Origin: Stylophora pistillata
Lineage: Eukaryota
DNA: 64,000 nucleotides
Direction of reading: 5' to 3'
Assembly (NCBI RefSeq): GCF_002571385.2
Contig: NW_019217837.1
Span: 440,281 to 504,280 of the forward strand
Shown here: piece by piece, positions 10,753-24,040 of the stretch
Numbering within the stretch: position 1 is the first letter of the stretch
How the letters are laid out: every line of letters begins with the position of its first letter
Translations under genes and position numbers: made by a program
The notes under the pieces: generated by a model
Database searches by the model: none
Told to the model about the DNA's origin: nothing
What the model saw: only the letters and a program-made list of their open reading frames with translations

Positions 10753-13140
10753 TTATGTAATCTTAAGTAAAGGGGCTGGTGAATGACGTGCAAACTGCAG
10801 CAGAATGGAAACTGATTCCACATCACTTGAAAGGTTCTACAAAAATACACAAAAGTAAACTATCAATATTATATTTTGGGTTAATAAACTAGAATATGTA
10901 AATCCTTCCAGAGGTAAAAAAAATATATTTATTTAGAGTTTAGAGTAAAATAGAAAATTCCATCATATAAAAAATTAATTCATGGAGCATTTTGTACCTT
11001 AACAAGAACACAGTGTAGTGGCTCTCTCAAAACCATGTGATGTTTTGTCATTTCAGACAGCTTGCAGCTGTTGTTTACCTGGTAAAAGAGAGAAGAAAAG
11101 ACTTCATTTATTAATCACTCACTCAAGAAAAACTTAAAGTGCGCTTAAGAATTCTAATGTATTTCAACTTTCATTCCAAAAATAAAATGCAAAAATTGTT
11201 CATGATTGCTCACCTTTATAACAGGGATGGCACATTCCCAGCAATATGCCTCAATTAGTCGGCAATGAACCTGGATCCCAGGATCTGCCCTTGGGTTTTC
11301 TACCAACACACATAATCCTATTGTATCCAGGTCACTACAATGACAAGAAATAAAAACATAAGTAAGCCATAGTAATAGTAATAGTAATCAAGGTTTAATG
11401 TCTTTACGTGGGGCATGGTTACCCATATTGCCTGAGCCAGAGGCTCATGTATGAAACGCAAGACAACAACCCACCCATCCCACCCCAGGGGAGGACATCC
11501 ATCACACAGTAATCTTGTGCATGGGAAATTAATGTCTCCTACCCCTAACCCTGCAGGAGACGGGACCTCCATTTATTTGTCCCTATCCAAGAAGACTAGA
11601 ATATCTAAACCATTTCTTGATGTTATAGAAAGGCAGCATATTCTTCTCAATTATTTTTAGACCTTGAGTGTTGGTCTGGGAAGCTACAAAAGAGTTAGGG
11701 AAGCTACAAATACACTATAAAAATCTTCAAAAAGTTGGAGCTCAACTTGCCTAGTTCATTGTTTGCACTCATCCTAATAATAATTTTATTTAAAAAGATT
11801 CACAACTGTTTGCGAATATTGCCCATCTCTTGTTGACCTTATTCCTTTGTTGCCTACATGTTGCCAATTTCTGTCTTCTGTTTTAATTCTCAAATTCACA
11901 TTCCGATTTTTTTACATCAAGTTTGAGATAACCTTTTACGCGCACAGATGAGTTAAAATATGAGTTACTTACACGGCGAGCTCATTCGCAGCATCATGCA
12001 CTCCGCACACCAAATGGCCATTGATTTGTGCTTGATTTAAAACTTCTTGGAGGGCCCAACGTATTTTCAGTCTATGAACCATATCCCTGAAAAAAATGGA
12101 AAATTGAGCAACATCGAGTGTTAATTATTCATTTGATCTGATGAAACAATTCTGGAAAATGATTCAGCGACGTATTGTTTAGAAATCCATAATTATCCGC
12201 TTGTTCTTCCAACTATGGAAACCGGCGCAAAAAAAGGCACGCTTACAGAAAATTAAAATACTGAAGGTATGCTGCACTGTAGTAAGAATCATTGTTGAAG
12301 TAAAATTAATTTTAGAACAAGAACAAAGTCATTTAGTCAGCGTATTTGCAATTGTACTGTCTCGTGACTTCGGTAATTAAATAGAAGCATAACGAAATTG
12401 AAATTCAACAACACGTCAACTGCTTGTACGTTGCAGTTCATAGAATTATTTCGACTAGATTTAAAAATCTGAAATTTTCCCTATCTTGGCTTAACCTCAT
12501 CCATTAGTAAAAAGTAGAAAAAAAAAAACAGAAACATCAATTTTCCACGAATCAAATAAAAAAATCGACGACCACCAACGTTTGAAAGATTCAAGCTACT
12601 TTCGGCAACGTTTCAGCGGCGTTGAAGCTAAGTGAAAACTCGTGACCGACACTTCGCAAAGAATTATGAAATGAAACACGTTGCAGAAACACCACATGAA
12701 TTCGGTTAAGCTATGGAAGAAGCAATTTTGAGTGGATACGCCTTACTCTGCCCTTTTTCGTTGAATAATTTGACTTTGTACTGGTACAAGTTTGACCGTG
12801 CGTTCTGTGCGAGTCACGAGTACGCCAGTTCACATCAGACACTCAAACACAAGTCCTGGAATATTAAAATCCTCATGTACAAACTTGTAAAAAAGGTCAA
12901 ATTGGCTAGCTCTATGCGTCCAACTTTAAACAAAATATTATTGAATATGTTCACGTGAAAGGATTAACAATCGCGCAAATGGGTAATTCTGCGAAGATCA
13001 TGATTCCCGGGAAAACATTCGCTTGCCGGCTTCCATGCCATTACATCACCCGAGTGATTAAAAAACGAGTTTTATAGAGCTTACCCCATATTTTCTCCAC
13101 AGAATTCGTCTGTCTCGTTCTCGACAGTTTCTTGTGTCAT
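10753..13140 (-). CDS. GADD45: Growth arrest and DNA damage-inducible protein GADD45-like, 151 aa. Exons 13140-13085, 12086-11973, 11334-11214, 11078-10998, 10836-10753
   Basis: Missing from the ORF track. Spliced translation MTQETVENETDEFCGENMGDMVHRLKIRWALQEVLNQAQINGHLVCGVHDAANELAVDLDTIGLCVLVENPRADPGIQVHCRLIEAYCWECAIPVIKVNNSCKLSEMTKHHMVLREPLHCVLVKNLSS...LLKIT matches GADD45 family motifs (GV..AA..L..D, IQ.H..LI.A.C.E..I.., LHC.LV). All introns GT-AG with exact phase. Confidence 0.9.
11385..11679 (-). mobile_element. SINE-like element, 5'-truncated (copy 1, GADD45 intron 2)
   Basis: About 200 bp shared with 37735-37945; the minus strand starts CCAGACCAACACTCAAGGTCT and ends in a short (TTACTA)n-type tail. 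Confidence 0.6.
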
Positions 13141-16100
13141 TCCTGATCTTCAGTAGTCGAATAAAATAATAAAATCTCCCTTGATAGGACTCTAAGCGAT
13201 CGTGCAACTACCACGGATGGATCTCGGCAACTCCCGAGGCAAATCGCTGACGAGCAAATTTATAACATCTATCACGTGTTTAACGACCCGGATACGACAA
13301 AGAACTTTTGAACGAGGGAGGGGAGAAGTCCACTTCTTACAATTGCTCATATTCAAGACAAAGAAATCAAGAATGTTGTGTCGTTTAAACCGAATGAACT
13401 TGAAAGCAATCTATTAATATATAATTGCTTTAAATTGAGCGGGAAGCGATCACTTTGTTTCCTGCCATCTCAGAGCAAAACTAACGCCATACCCCTTCCC
13501 AGAAATGAAGTTGTCGTTAACATTCGAAGCGGAAAATTCTTGGTATAACACCGGAAAACAAAACACGTCAAACGACAGCGAAAGCAAACAATATGCTAAT
13601 GTTGGGGGCAAGCCCGTTCTGGAACGAACATAATTCACAACGATTCTTCCCTGAAAAACAAACAAAATCGTATTCTGAGCGTTTTCGCTGGAAAAACCTA
13701 CTTTCCACTTCGTTCGATATTGTCATTTTTCAAAATCACTCAATCAAAATAAGAGCAGTTTTAATCTATTGTTATTTGAGTGCTCGGAAGTTAAGCAACA
13801 CTTTTTTGACGTTCTAAGAACTTCCTGAATTCTTTTTTAGTTCGAAAAAACCGCCTTGAAAGTAGCTGAAATGCGAACTCTCCTTCACCTTATTCTGAAT
13901 TGTCCAAAAAAAGACCATAAAACTAAATAAAACACGTAGGTGAATAAAAAACGGAAGCAAATAAATATGTACACGTTTTTTTTTGTTTTGTTTTTTTTTT
14001 TTATCATTTTAAGGTCCAAAAATAATTCAGCGTATAGGAAATGTGCGGATTACATTTAATTTTGTTTTTTTTTGGCAGATCAAAGGCTGAAAAAGAAGGT
14101 TCGATACATCTCATAAATTTCAACCATAACAACATGTAGCAAATTAATGGACAAAATATTTTTCAATATATGTGTTCTAGAGTTATGTTATTAACTGACA
14201 AGGAAGGAAGTAAACACGGTATCAGCACGATTTATTATAAATCAGCACGTTTTATTAGCTGTGCAAGCTGTATCTCTAAATGAGGATACGGTAGTCACAG
14301 TATTACGTGAAATCAATAGCAAGTTGGGCGGGGAGACTGCACCCATAATGAGGGTTTGCTTGAACCGAACAGACACGAGTCAAAATCTTGAAGGAAGAGT
14401 TTAACACGTATAGTGACTTGGATTTTGAACTTACCTTAATTAGACGAACGGGAAACATAGGCTATCCACATAGTGGTGCAATAAATATACTGATATGGAA
14501 AAAAAAACTTTTCTCTTTGCGGATTTGAATTCGCCATAAAGCATGAAAAATAGAGCATTAGCATGTCTGGGAGGGGGCGGATGCGCATATACTTGACTAT
14601 GAAAAACAATTTTGTTCCGGTCGACATTTTGCTCAAGAAGTCATTCATGCCCAACCCAGGCCTTGCGGCGCTTTCACATTGAAAACGTAACAAAAAGTTT
14701 TCACGCATGCTTTTAATCAAAAACTTTTTCTGTGTTTACGTTGTATTGAGCGGCGGTAGCAGAAGGCTTGAATGCATATGCGTGTGAAAGTGTCTTAACA
14801 TCCCGCCCAAACTCAAACAGAAGTTACGTCAGCGTTTTTGAAAACCTCCGTTTTCAACTAGTTTTCCGTCCGCACCGACACGCAAACGGCGGCCGTCTTC
14901 AAAATCATCAACTTTGTTAAAGAACGTTTTTGAAAAATTCGTTTTCTGTGAACAACTTATCTTGATAAGTAAGAGCGGTAAGCACAACCGTGCGTCTTTA
15001 AAGTTTAGAACATTAATCACGGTGGTAATTTAAATATTGCGACTGTATGTTTAACCCAGGATCTCGCTTAGTGATTCCGTTTTCAATCGGTACATCAACC
15101 CTATTTTTGTGCCATCGGTAATTTTCATAAACTTCGCGTTTTTTTTTTTTTCGTGTCAATTTCGACTCTAACAGTTTTGTAGTTTGAATACTGTACCCAG
15201 TTTCACACGGTTTTTTTTCTAGTACAACATGGATTTTGAACACTTTTTAAGCTTCCTTTGATCATATGTCTAAAACCATTACATTTAACATCGACTTTAC
15301 CGGTGACCATATCCGTTTTCTGTTAGATTCCTGTACTACTGTACGTCACCGCATCTCTTAGCTTCTTGCGGATATGGTAATTAAAATGCAATATATTTTT
15401 GGCTGGTGGTCAATTAGTTCCCATTTTCCCCAGAATTTGCGCGAGAACTGGGTGTGGGATCAAGTAGTCTTAGTACCACGATACGAGCATACTTAACACC
15501 CCCCCCCCTTTTCTTTTTTTTTTTGGCAAGTAATATATAGATAAGTGATATAATCTCCCGCACTGTAGTTTTGATAGCCATGATAATTAATAGCAACGTT
15601 ATATAACATCTCTCAAATATTTATATTAAAATGTTATATAAGAGACTGAAATCTACTTAAAAGAATAGTTAAAAGAGGATAGCCCATAAAGAATTCAGTG
15701 GGGTGGATTTGCTTAAATTGCAATTTTTTGGAATCCCTAAGCAAAGAGCTTTTCTTGTTTCTCTCTTTATAGCATTAAAAACAGAAGTGATATTCAACGA
15801 ATTATTTTTAAGGGCCTGTGGCTACTTATCACCCCAGGAGCAGCGCACAAACGTGACAACACATACACAAGTCCGAAACCTCGAGGAAGTTAAAACCACG
15901 TACAGTAGTTTTCATTCGTGCCTCGCCATGCTACCGGAGTTAAAGATACGACATGAAACATGAAACGGAAGTACAGTAAAAAAAAAAGAAGACTCGATAA
16001 TCGAACAAGACTGAAACCGAAAAAGTTTTCGTTTATTAGGCAAAGACACGTTTCTTGAAAGACAATACGTGCAGATCCAAATAAAAAAAAAATAAAATTG

Positions 16101-16278
16101 GTCGGAAGATATATTTTCCTTTCAAAAAAACAATCATACGTGACGCGAGTGATTCTTCCTCTTGAAACGCTTGTCGTCGATTGGTCACGCAACATTATCA
16201 TGCAATCCTTACTCATTTTGTTTTTCTTATTCATTATGACAAGATAATTGCTTGGTTCACATTTTTTCCCCAATGCAA

Positions 16279-19003
16279 TCAAAATGATCCCTCATTCTTC
16301 TTTGTTTCCTGGTTTTTTTCAACTCTTTTCTTGTGTATTTTTCGTTCATATTTTCCCCTTCTGTGTGATCTCGACTCATCAGAGTCACTTTCAGTGCTGT
16401 TTTCTCTATATCTGTCTCTTTCGTGTTTCCCTTTTCTTGCCGCTTTTGACCTGTGCTTGTGATGTACTTTTTTATTCTGTTCTCTTATCTCTTTCCTTGA
16501 ACTTTTCCCCAAATCTTCTTCATCTGATGGTCGTTTTCTCTTCTTTTTATCATATTTTTGCTGTTTCTCTCTCAAACTGTGTTCATGGCTTCTGGCGTTA
16601 CTAGTCCTTTGTCGTTTCCTTTGCAATTCATCATTATCTTCACTTTCTTCATTTGATATTTCTGAATCCAAGTCACTTTCTTTCTTTTTTCTCTTTACCT
16701 TCTTGTGTTTTTTGCTCTTTGAGTCAATTCTGCAATAAAAAAGCTTTTCTCTTTCAATCATATCATGACGGCTACCAGACTCCCAGCCTCTGCCCCAGGC
16801 TCTGCTCCAACCTCAGTCCTTGTCTCAGTCCTAGCCCTTGCCCTCTCCCCTACTGTACAAACCCAAGCTTCATCACTCACAGTAAAAGTTCAGTAAAATA
16901 ATTTAACTCAACAAAAAAAACAACATACTCCCAGGGAGGTAATCATATTGGCATTTTTGAAATTACATTAAACCCATTCAGCCATGCAAAGCATTTCATT
17001 AAATTAACATACTACAACTAAGGCCTTTCACTGTACCTTTTTCTCTTTTTCCTCTTCTTTATTGTAGATATTTCATCTTTCTCTCGAAAGAGTTCTTCAT
17101 TCACATCCTCTGGATAGAGTTCTTTAAAACCACTATGCCCCCATCTGTAAATAATTTTTTTTTTAAATAATACTTCCTTTAACTTGCTTCCTCAATAAAA
17201 AAAAAAGAAACAAACCATAATTTCATACTTTTCTTCTTTTCTTTTCTTTCGGTCAAAATTTTGACCTTTTTTCCTTTTATCTCCATTCTCAAACTCGTCT
17301 GGATAGAGTTCTCTGTAACCCTCATGTCCCCATCTAAAAATAAAATATAATACCATAATTAAAGAGAAATTTTTTTTAAAAAAATTCCAAACAAAACAAA
17401 CTCATACACCTTTGAGTTAATATTTCATATTTTAAAAGTGGATTACACAAAAGTTGGTCTTATATTTTCAACACTTTATCCATTACATTACCAACAAGAA
17501 CATACAAAATTGTCAATGAGAAGATTTTATCTTATTTTAACACTAACAAAACAAAGTGTATAATGCACCTATAAGGAATAATTCAGACAAAAGAAGTAAA
17601 AGTAGTTGATTAATAACCTCACAATAATGTCACACGAATAAAGGACAAGATCATAAACTAAAGAAGCTCTTGATTGTTAAACAAATTTTGTCTTTTCAGC
17701 ACCTCAAGGAATGTATAGAGAATAGTATGGAGAAAATGCATACTGATGTTAGGGTACAAAGGGTTACAGAGGTACACATTTCAGCATCAACCTGATGAAC
17801 TTCAAGCAAACAAACCTTTGAGAATCACTTGCTTCAAAATCAAAGAGTTGTTGTGTCCAATAGCTACTTCTGGGTGGTGGAGTGCCATCTTCATCATCAC
17901 ATCTCATTTTTCCTATGTACCTTGGGACAGAACAATAATAAAAATCTTGCTCTCTTATTCTAAGCATTCCATAAAAAAAAGCCGAAAAATAGTAGCAGTA
18001 GAGTAGTGTGAAAGGGGAAGAAGAGGAGAAGAAAAGAAGTGACTTAGAAAAATATGTTGACAAAGACGATCTTCTAATACCAAACCTTCCATTTTCACTG
18101 GAGTTCCATAAAATAAAACAAAATAAAGAATTGAAAGTTTCTCTCTATACTGTTCTAAGCTCATTTCATCCCGTCTTACATATATTTTTCATCAATCTAG
18201 CATGACTTGTAGCTGTACATTCCTTTCACACACAAGATCTTTCTAGTAGTTCTCTTTAGTATCTGCTAATATGTGAGTTTGGAGAATTTGGAATTGGATC
18301 TAATACTAACCATCTATTTGATATTTTTTCAAATTCTCATCACTTGTTTGCTTGGTATTGTATTGATAGTGTAAGGAGAAATTCTATACTAGCCACTCTT
18401 GGGAGCTGAAGGGATGTAAACACAATGCCATGTGAGGACACTTTACAATTGCAAGCCTGTGATCAGTTCATACCTTCTGGAGTCATTTGACAGTGGAGCA
18501 TTGCTCGTCTTGTTTTTACTGTTAATCAGTTCATACTGCTTCCACATTTCACTCTCCTCTTGAATCTTAATGATAAACAAATAAGAAATAGCTTCGAATT
18601 TATAATACAAAGTAAAAGAGAGAAAGATTACCAGTAAAACTGGATGATAAACGAAATACATAATCCTAAAGCTTATACAGAGTAAAAACTAGTATTTTCC
18701 CTTGACTAATATAATCATGGAAAGAATATAATCTTAACCAATAACTGAAAAAAAAAGAGACAGTGGACTTGCTACAACAAGACACAAAAACTTGTGGAGT
18801 TTCCATATCAGTACCACATCTCGATAAAGACGAACACATAACTTGACCACAGCTGTTTTACTTTTTCAAACTCGTTTCAAACATAGCTTTCACCTGAGTT
18901 AAGTCACATCAGCATATCATATCCTTACCTTGTTATGAGCATCAGTGTGTCGAATGACGTTCTTCAGAAGGCCCTTGTCTATAAACTTACGCTGCACCGC
19001 CAT
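16279..19003 (-). CDS. NKAPD1: NKAP domain-containing protein 1 (C11orf57). Exons 19003-18929, 18565-18474, 17920-17816, 17333-17229, 17144-17037, 16729-16279
   Basis: N-terminus K.[23 protein letters not shown] and RWGH.GY.ELYP.EF are NKAPD1 hallmarks, followed by a K/R/S/E-rich tail; splice phases consistent. Confidence 0.9.
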
Positions 19004-19141
19004 CTTAGAATATGGATCAGACATGTGGCCTGGTCACAAAGCTCAAGAGGTACACCTCGAGATAGAGATACTCACTCCAGGTGATACTTCATAGTTTATT
19101 ATTCACTCATTAACTATGTCCCAGATTTAATTAATGACCAA
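19004..19141. promoter_or_regulatory. Putative bidirectional promoter NKAPD1/PLD3
   Basis: Divergent start codons only 138 bp apart. Confidence 0.6.
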
Positions 19142-22100
19142 ATGGCTAAAGGAGACCATTCGTATTTGCTAATGAAGGAGGAGACAGAGGTGTCTATGGC
19201 GCAATCGAAACAAGTTCGTCTGCCGATAGCGTTAACGGAACGAACAAGAAAACTTTTGGTTGCATTCGTTATTGTCATGGGAATTTTCATTATCTTTCTT
19301 GTGGTTGGGATAGAACTCATAATCAAGAACTCAGACGCAAAAACTCAACAAGCAACTGCACCATTCACCAGCAATTGCACGATAACTTTAGTGGAAAGCA
19401 TTCCTGAAAATGTCACGTTCTCCGCAGGATCGGTTCGGAATCCAAGCATCTATGATGGCTGGATGAATCTTCTAGACATCGCAGAGGAGCGGATCGACAT
19501 AGCATCGTTTTATTGGACATTACAAGGAAGCGATACAAATACCTCAGATTACAGTACCGAACAAGGAGAGAATGTGTTTAAGAAGATACAAGATGTTGCT
19601 AAAGCAGGTAGAGGCACTTGTGTGAACAAAAAGTACATGTTATCGAATGCGAAAGAGGTAACATATGCGTAATATTTTAAGAAGACCACCCACCTAAGTG
19701 CTAAGAGGGAGTCTTGGTGGAGGCGGGAGGGAAAGGTAGTATTATATGGAGCATAGTGTCACCCAAGAGGGGAGGTGTTGAGGGGTTAGGGGTAGGTGAA
19801 GGGGCTGCTTGAGACTTTCAAAATTGATAAAATTCTTGAGAGACATTATCTACAACCTGTTTTAGGGAAAAGGCCAAACCCTACAAATTTATAACTCAAT
19901 GAGCATTACCTCTGCTTTCATTTACACACTTACAGATGTGGGAACAAGCATGGGGTGTAATGGACTGAAGATAAGTCTGAAACCCAAGGGACAATGTTCC
20001 CTTCTTCCTGAATTCCCATCACTGGTTTTTCGACAGATCTTCTTCAGACTTCATGTGTATGGGGAAGCATGGAGCATGTTATCTCAGCTTAGGCTAAATG
20101 TAATGGGAGTAGCCCTTACCTGCACCTTTGGTGCTGGACACTTGGCATAGCACTTGATTCTTGTTTGTTGTAATGGGTCTACTGATATCTTGTTATTTAT
20201 TCTACCTCTTGTTTTGCCTGCAAGGTGTTAAAATCAGAATTGTACAGACACCTCCAACTAAAGCTTTCCCTCAGATAGACACAAACATCCTTTCAGAGAA
20301 AGGGCTTGCAGATGTACGGTCGCTAGACATATCACGTCTGGTTGGCAGTGGGATTTTGCACACTAAGATGTGGCTCGTTGATGGTAAACATTTTTATGTT
20401 GGCAGTGCAAATCAGGACTGGAGAGCACTCACACAGGTAGGGCTCAGTCCATACTTTTAATTTTCAATCTGAGTCAGAATGGTTACACGGAATTTTTCCT
20501 TTCAAGTTTATTACAATGATTCTGGGGAAGCCCTTATTTACTCACAGGGTAAGTGAGAAGAGGTTATTTTTTTTTTTATTGCAAAGATTTCCACATCTTT
20601 AATTACAATATGTACCATCCCCTTTCCCTTCCATCCCCCTTATCCACCACTATCCCCAACCCACCTCACCCCTTGCTTAAAATTTGTCATATTTCAATGT
20701 TAATGTCGTTTCACTGTTCTTGACTCAAAGCTTGAATGCTTCAATTCTTTGAATGCATAGGTACAAGAGCTTGGACTTATTACCTACAACTGCAGCCTCA
20801 TGGCAAATGATATTAGCAAAATATTTGAGGTATATTGGGACCTAGCCAAAGAATCAAAGATCCCAGATCCCTGGCCTAAAAAGTACCAAACAGCCATCAA
20901 TGCTGGTGAGGGCCCAGTCCATTAACAGTACCAGGGTTTGGTAGGCCAAAGCAACTTTAAAAGACTAGTGCTCTTTTTAACACCAGCACTATGATTTCAG
21001 ACAGCTTTACAATTATTAGAATATATCAACAAAGGTGAAATGGTAAATTGGCCACCATTACGATTATAAAAGCTGACGTTTTGCTTTCATTCGCTCTGAC
21101 AAAGGGCTAACACTCGAAACATCAGCTTTTATAATCGTAACGGAGGCCAATTTACCATTTCAACTTTGATGATATTCAAATTATTTTGTTACCCCCACCG
21201 ACACAGCCCCAAACAGTTTCTTTAGAAACTATCAGCCTTTATTCATTTACAATTATTAGATTCTAATCTCTGGATACCACAATATCCCCTTGAAATAAGG
21301 CTGCTGATGTGATATTTGACATATATTAAAGCTTGAAGGGGTAAGTTCCTCGGGTTAGATGTTAGAGATTCTTAAGGTTGACAGGGTAATTGCTGGTTAG
21401 CTTCTTTACAAGAGTAGAAGTGGCAATATGGTTTGACTTTATTGGAGAGAATGGAACGCTGTTCAGTTTTAATAATTCCACACACCTTTTTTTATTTTTT
21501 TTACAGATTCTCCTGCTCAAATTAAGTTTAATGGATCCATTGCATCCTCTGTATTTTTGTCTTCTTCTCCACCAAAGTTTTGTCCACCTGGGCGTACTGA
21601 CGATTTGTCAGCCATCTTACGAGTTATTGACAGTGCAACAAAGTTTGTTTATGTTTCTGTGATGGATTATTTTCCAACAACTTTGTATACACCTCAAAGA
21701 ACGTGAGTTCATCTTTGTTGCCTCTTTGTTCCGTGTTTGCAATGTTGCATTGAGCTCTTGTTCCCAGGACTAGGATGTTCAGTCACTTTTACTCAGTTAA
21801 ACCTACCACTGGTCACTAACACTGGTGAATAGTTGTTGACTAAGTTATTCATGCATTAATTTCTATACAACATTAATGTAAAAAACTTCTGAGCTTATTC
21901 TTTTCGTTATAAGTGACATATAAAAAAACCAGGAAAGATTTATTGTTGCACAATGTTTCGGAATCATCATGACTCCGTTATCAAGAGACTAGTTAACTAG
22001 CATGCAACTAAGGAAAGGTACAAGAGAAGCGTGAATTACAATAAACGGCCTAAACAAACACCTTGGCGCGGATGGAATCTGGTTGAAACTACAATCAAGC

Positions 22101-24040
22101 GGTTTGTTGAGAGAAGGATTTCATCTCAAGACCCCTGTCCATCACCTGATGTACCGTCGAAGACTGTGAGTGTAGTGTTACCCTTCAAGGACCTGTCTTC
22201 AGCTAATTATGTTAAACAACGACTGAACAATCTAAGTTTCAAATTGAACGTCACTGTCTAACCAGTATTTGTAAGCCCTAAGCTCGAGCAACAACTTAAG
22301 CGACATGAGATTAAACCCCCTATTGTCAACCAACAATGTCTCGTCTATGAATTTAAATGTAACCTGTGCGATGCAGGGTATGTGGGCTATACACGTGGTC
22401 ACTTACACGAGCGCACAGAAGGGCACACTAGAAAGTCATCTTCGATTTACAAACATTATAACCTCCAACACAATTGTGAAATGCCTGAACGTCTCAATGA
22501 GCAATTTCAAATCATCATGAAGTGTAGCGGCAAATTGATTGCCTCGTTAAAGAAATTTTATACATTCGCATGCGTAAACCAACACTGAACGTGCAATCAG
22601 ATTTCATCCGTGCCAAGGTTTGTTTAGGCTGTTTGTTGTAAGTTATGCTTATCTTGTACCTTTCCTTAGTTGCATGCTAGTTAGCTAGTCTCTAGATGAT
22701 GGAGTTGTGATGATTCGGAAACACCGAGTAGCAATAAATCTTTCCTGGTTTTTTATATGCCTTTGCTTCTGCATAGGCATATAACATGGCCCACTAAACT
22801 AACTATGGCTTCAGCAAATCTCTGCTGATCAAATTTATGAGTGATGGTCAGTCAATAAAAATATCTTGAAAGCATCAAAAACCAACATTAAGTGGTTTTG
22901 CTATTAAAGAAACAAGATACATGGTTCTCTTTTTTAGTAGTGACTTAAGAATTCAAATGATAACAACTCTAGAGCTAATTAAGAAAGAAAGATTCTATCA
23001 AAATTGTTGACTTTGAACATTCTTTCTTCATTAGTTATTGGCCAGATATAGATGACGCTCTAAGACGTGCAGCATTTGATCGTAAAGTACATGTGCTACT
23101 TATGGCCAGCTTGTGGAATCACACGCGTTCTGATATGAAGAACTACCTTCAATCCCTGGCTGCTTTGAACTATGCTAATGGAGCTTATGTCCAAGTGGTA
23201 AGAACAGTACCACGTAAAACTTAATTTTTTCCCTCGTTTTTAGGATATTTCTGTTACCTACCTCTCAAAGTTCTATAAGAACTTGCTGGGTAAGATGTTG
23301 GGTTGCAGTGAACTCCTCAAGTACATACCACTGATAAGGTTGTTTTCTCGGTCTGCACCGTAAGTTATGGACTAGGTTTCTTCCACTTTAATTTATGGCC
23401 CAAGCGCAAAGCACAGACCACAAATCTGAGTGAGAAAAATGAGGTTCCTCAACTCACAGTGTGAACCAAGAAAACAAGATGAATAAGATATTCATTATAT
23501 GTCTTGCCTAAGATAGAGGGGAATTATTTCAGTTTAAACAAACTTTTATTTAAGTGGGCCATGTGGTGAAATACGACCTGCTAAACTGACCAGTCACAGT
23601 GCATGTACTAACTGGTCTTTCCATGATGCTTGTTAAGCAATCACAAGTTTTGGGAGTGTTCAGGGGAATTGCAGTTACCTTAAAGTTTGCTTTGAGTCTG
23701 CTGAGATAACTATTAAAAAATAAGTTGCATGCCCATGTGAGAAGAGGTTGACATTCTTTTTATATATGTATTCCTTCAATAGATACTATACTCTGTACCG
23801 CCTTACACGAAAGAGATCCCTTTCGCCCGGGTGAACCACAACAAATACATGGTCACTGAGAGTGTTGCGTATATTGGAACATCTAACTGGTCAGCGGATT
23901 ATTTTCTGTACACTGGTGGCATCGGTTATGTCATCAATGAAACAGAAACTGGCAGCACTGTGCGTGCACAGCTGCAAGCTGTGTTTGAAAGAAACTGGTA
24001 TTCAAATTTTACTTCACCAGTTTACTGTGAGGATCGTTGA
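19142..24040 (+). CDS. PLD3: Phospholipase D3 family 5'-3' exonuclease. Exons 19142-19607, 20225-20436, 20761-20905, 21507-21702, 23035-23197, 23783-24040
   Basis: N-terminal TM anchor, LVESIPE, IASFYWTL, first HKD motif GILHTKMWLVD..FYVGSANQDWRALTQV.ELG, YWPDIDDALRRAA, second motif RVNHNKYMVTE..YIGTSNWSADYF. Confidence 0.93.
21021..21245 (+). mobile_element. Penelope-derived short element with inverted partial duplication and hammerhead motif (PLD3 intron 3)
   Basis: 15-bp TSD TTTACAATTATTAGA at 21006-21020 and 21246-21260; GCT CTGACAA AGGGCTAACACTC GAAAC ATC AGC at 21093-21126 (core mutated). Confidence 0.8.
21917..22759 (+). mobile_element. Penelope-like retroelement 3' fragment (GIY-YIG endonuclease remnant) with inverted pseudo-LTRs (PLD3 intron 4)
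   Basis: Translation IVNQQCLVYEFKCNLCDAGYVGYTRGHLHERTEGH..SSIYKHY is a PLE-type GIY-YIG domain; about 165-bp inverted repeats at 21917-22085 and 22594-22759; stops and frameshifts present. Confidence 0.85.

Noticed and set aside
13141-15600. Putative FOXO (GTAAACA) and CRE-like sites upstream of GADD45
   Set aside because: Short motifs are expected by chance; no conservation data available
16181-16901. Several Phe/Leu/Ser-rich plus-strand ORFs that look like membrane proteins
   Set aside because: Antisense of the K/R/E-rich last exon of NKAPD1
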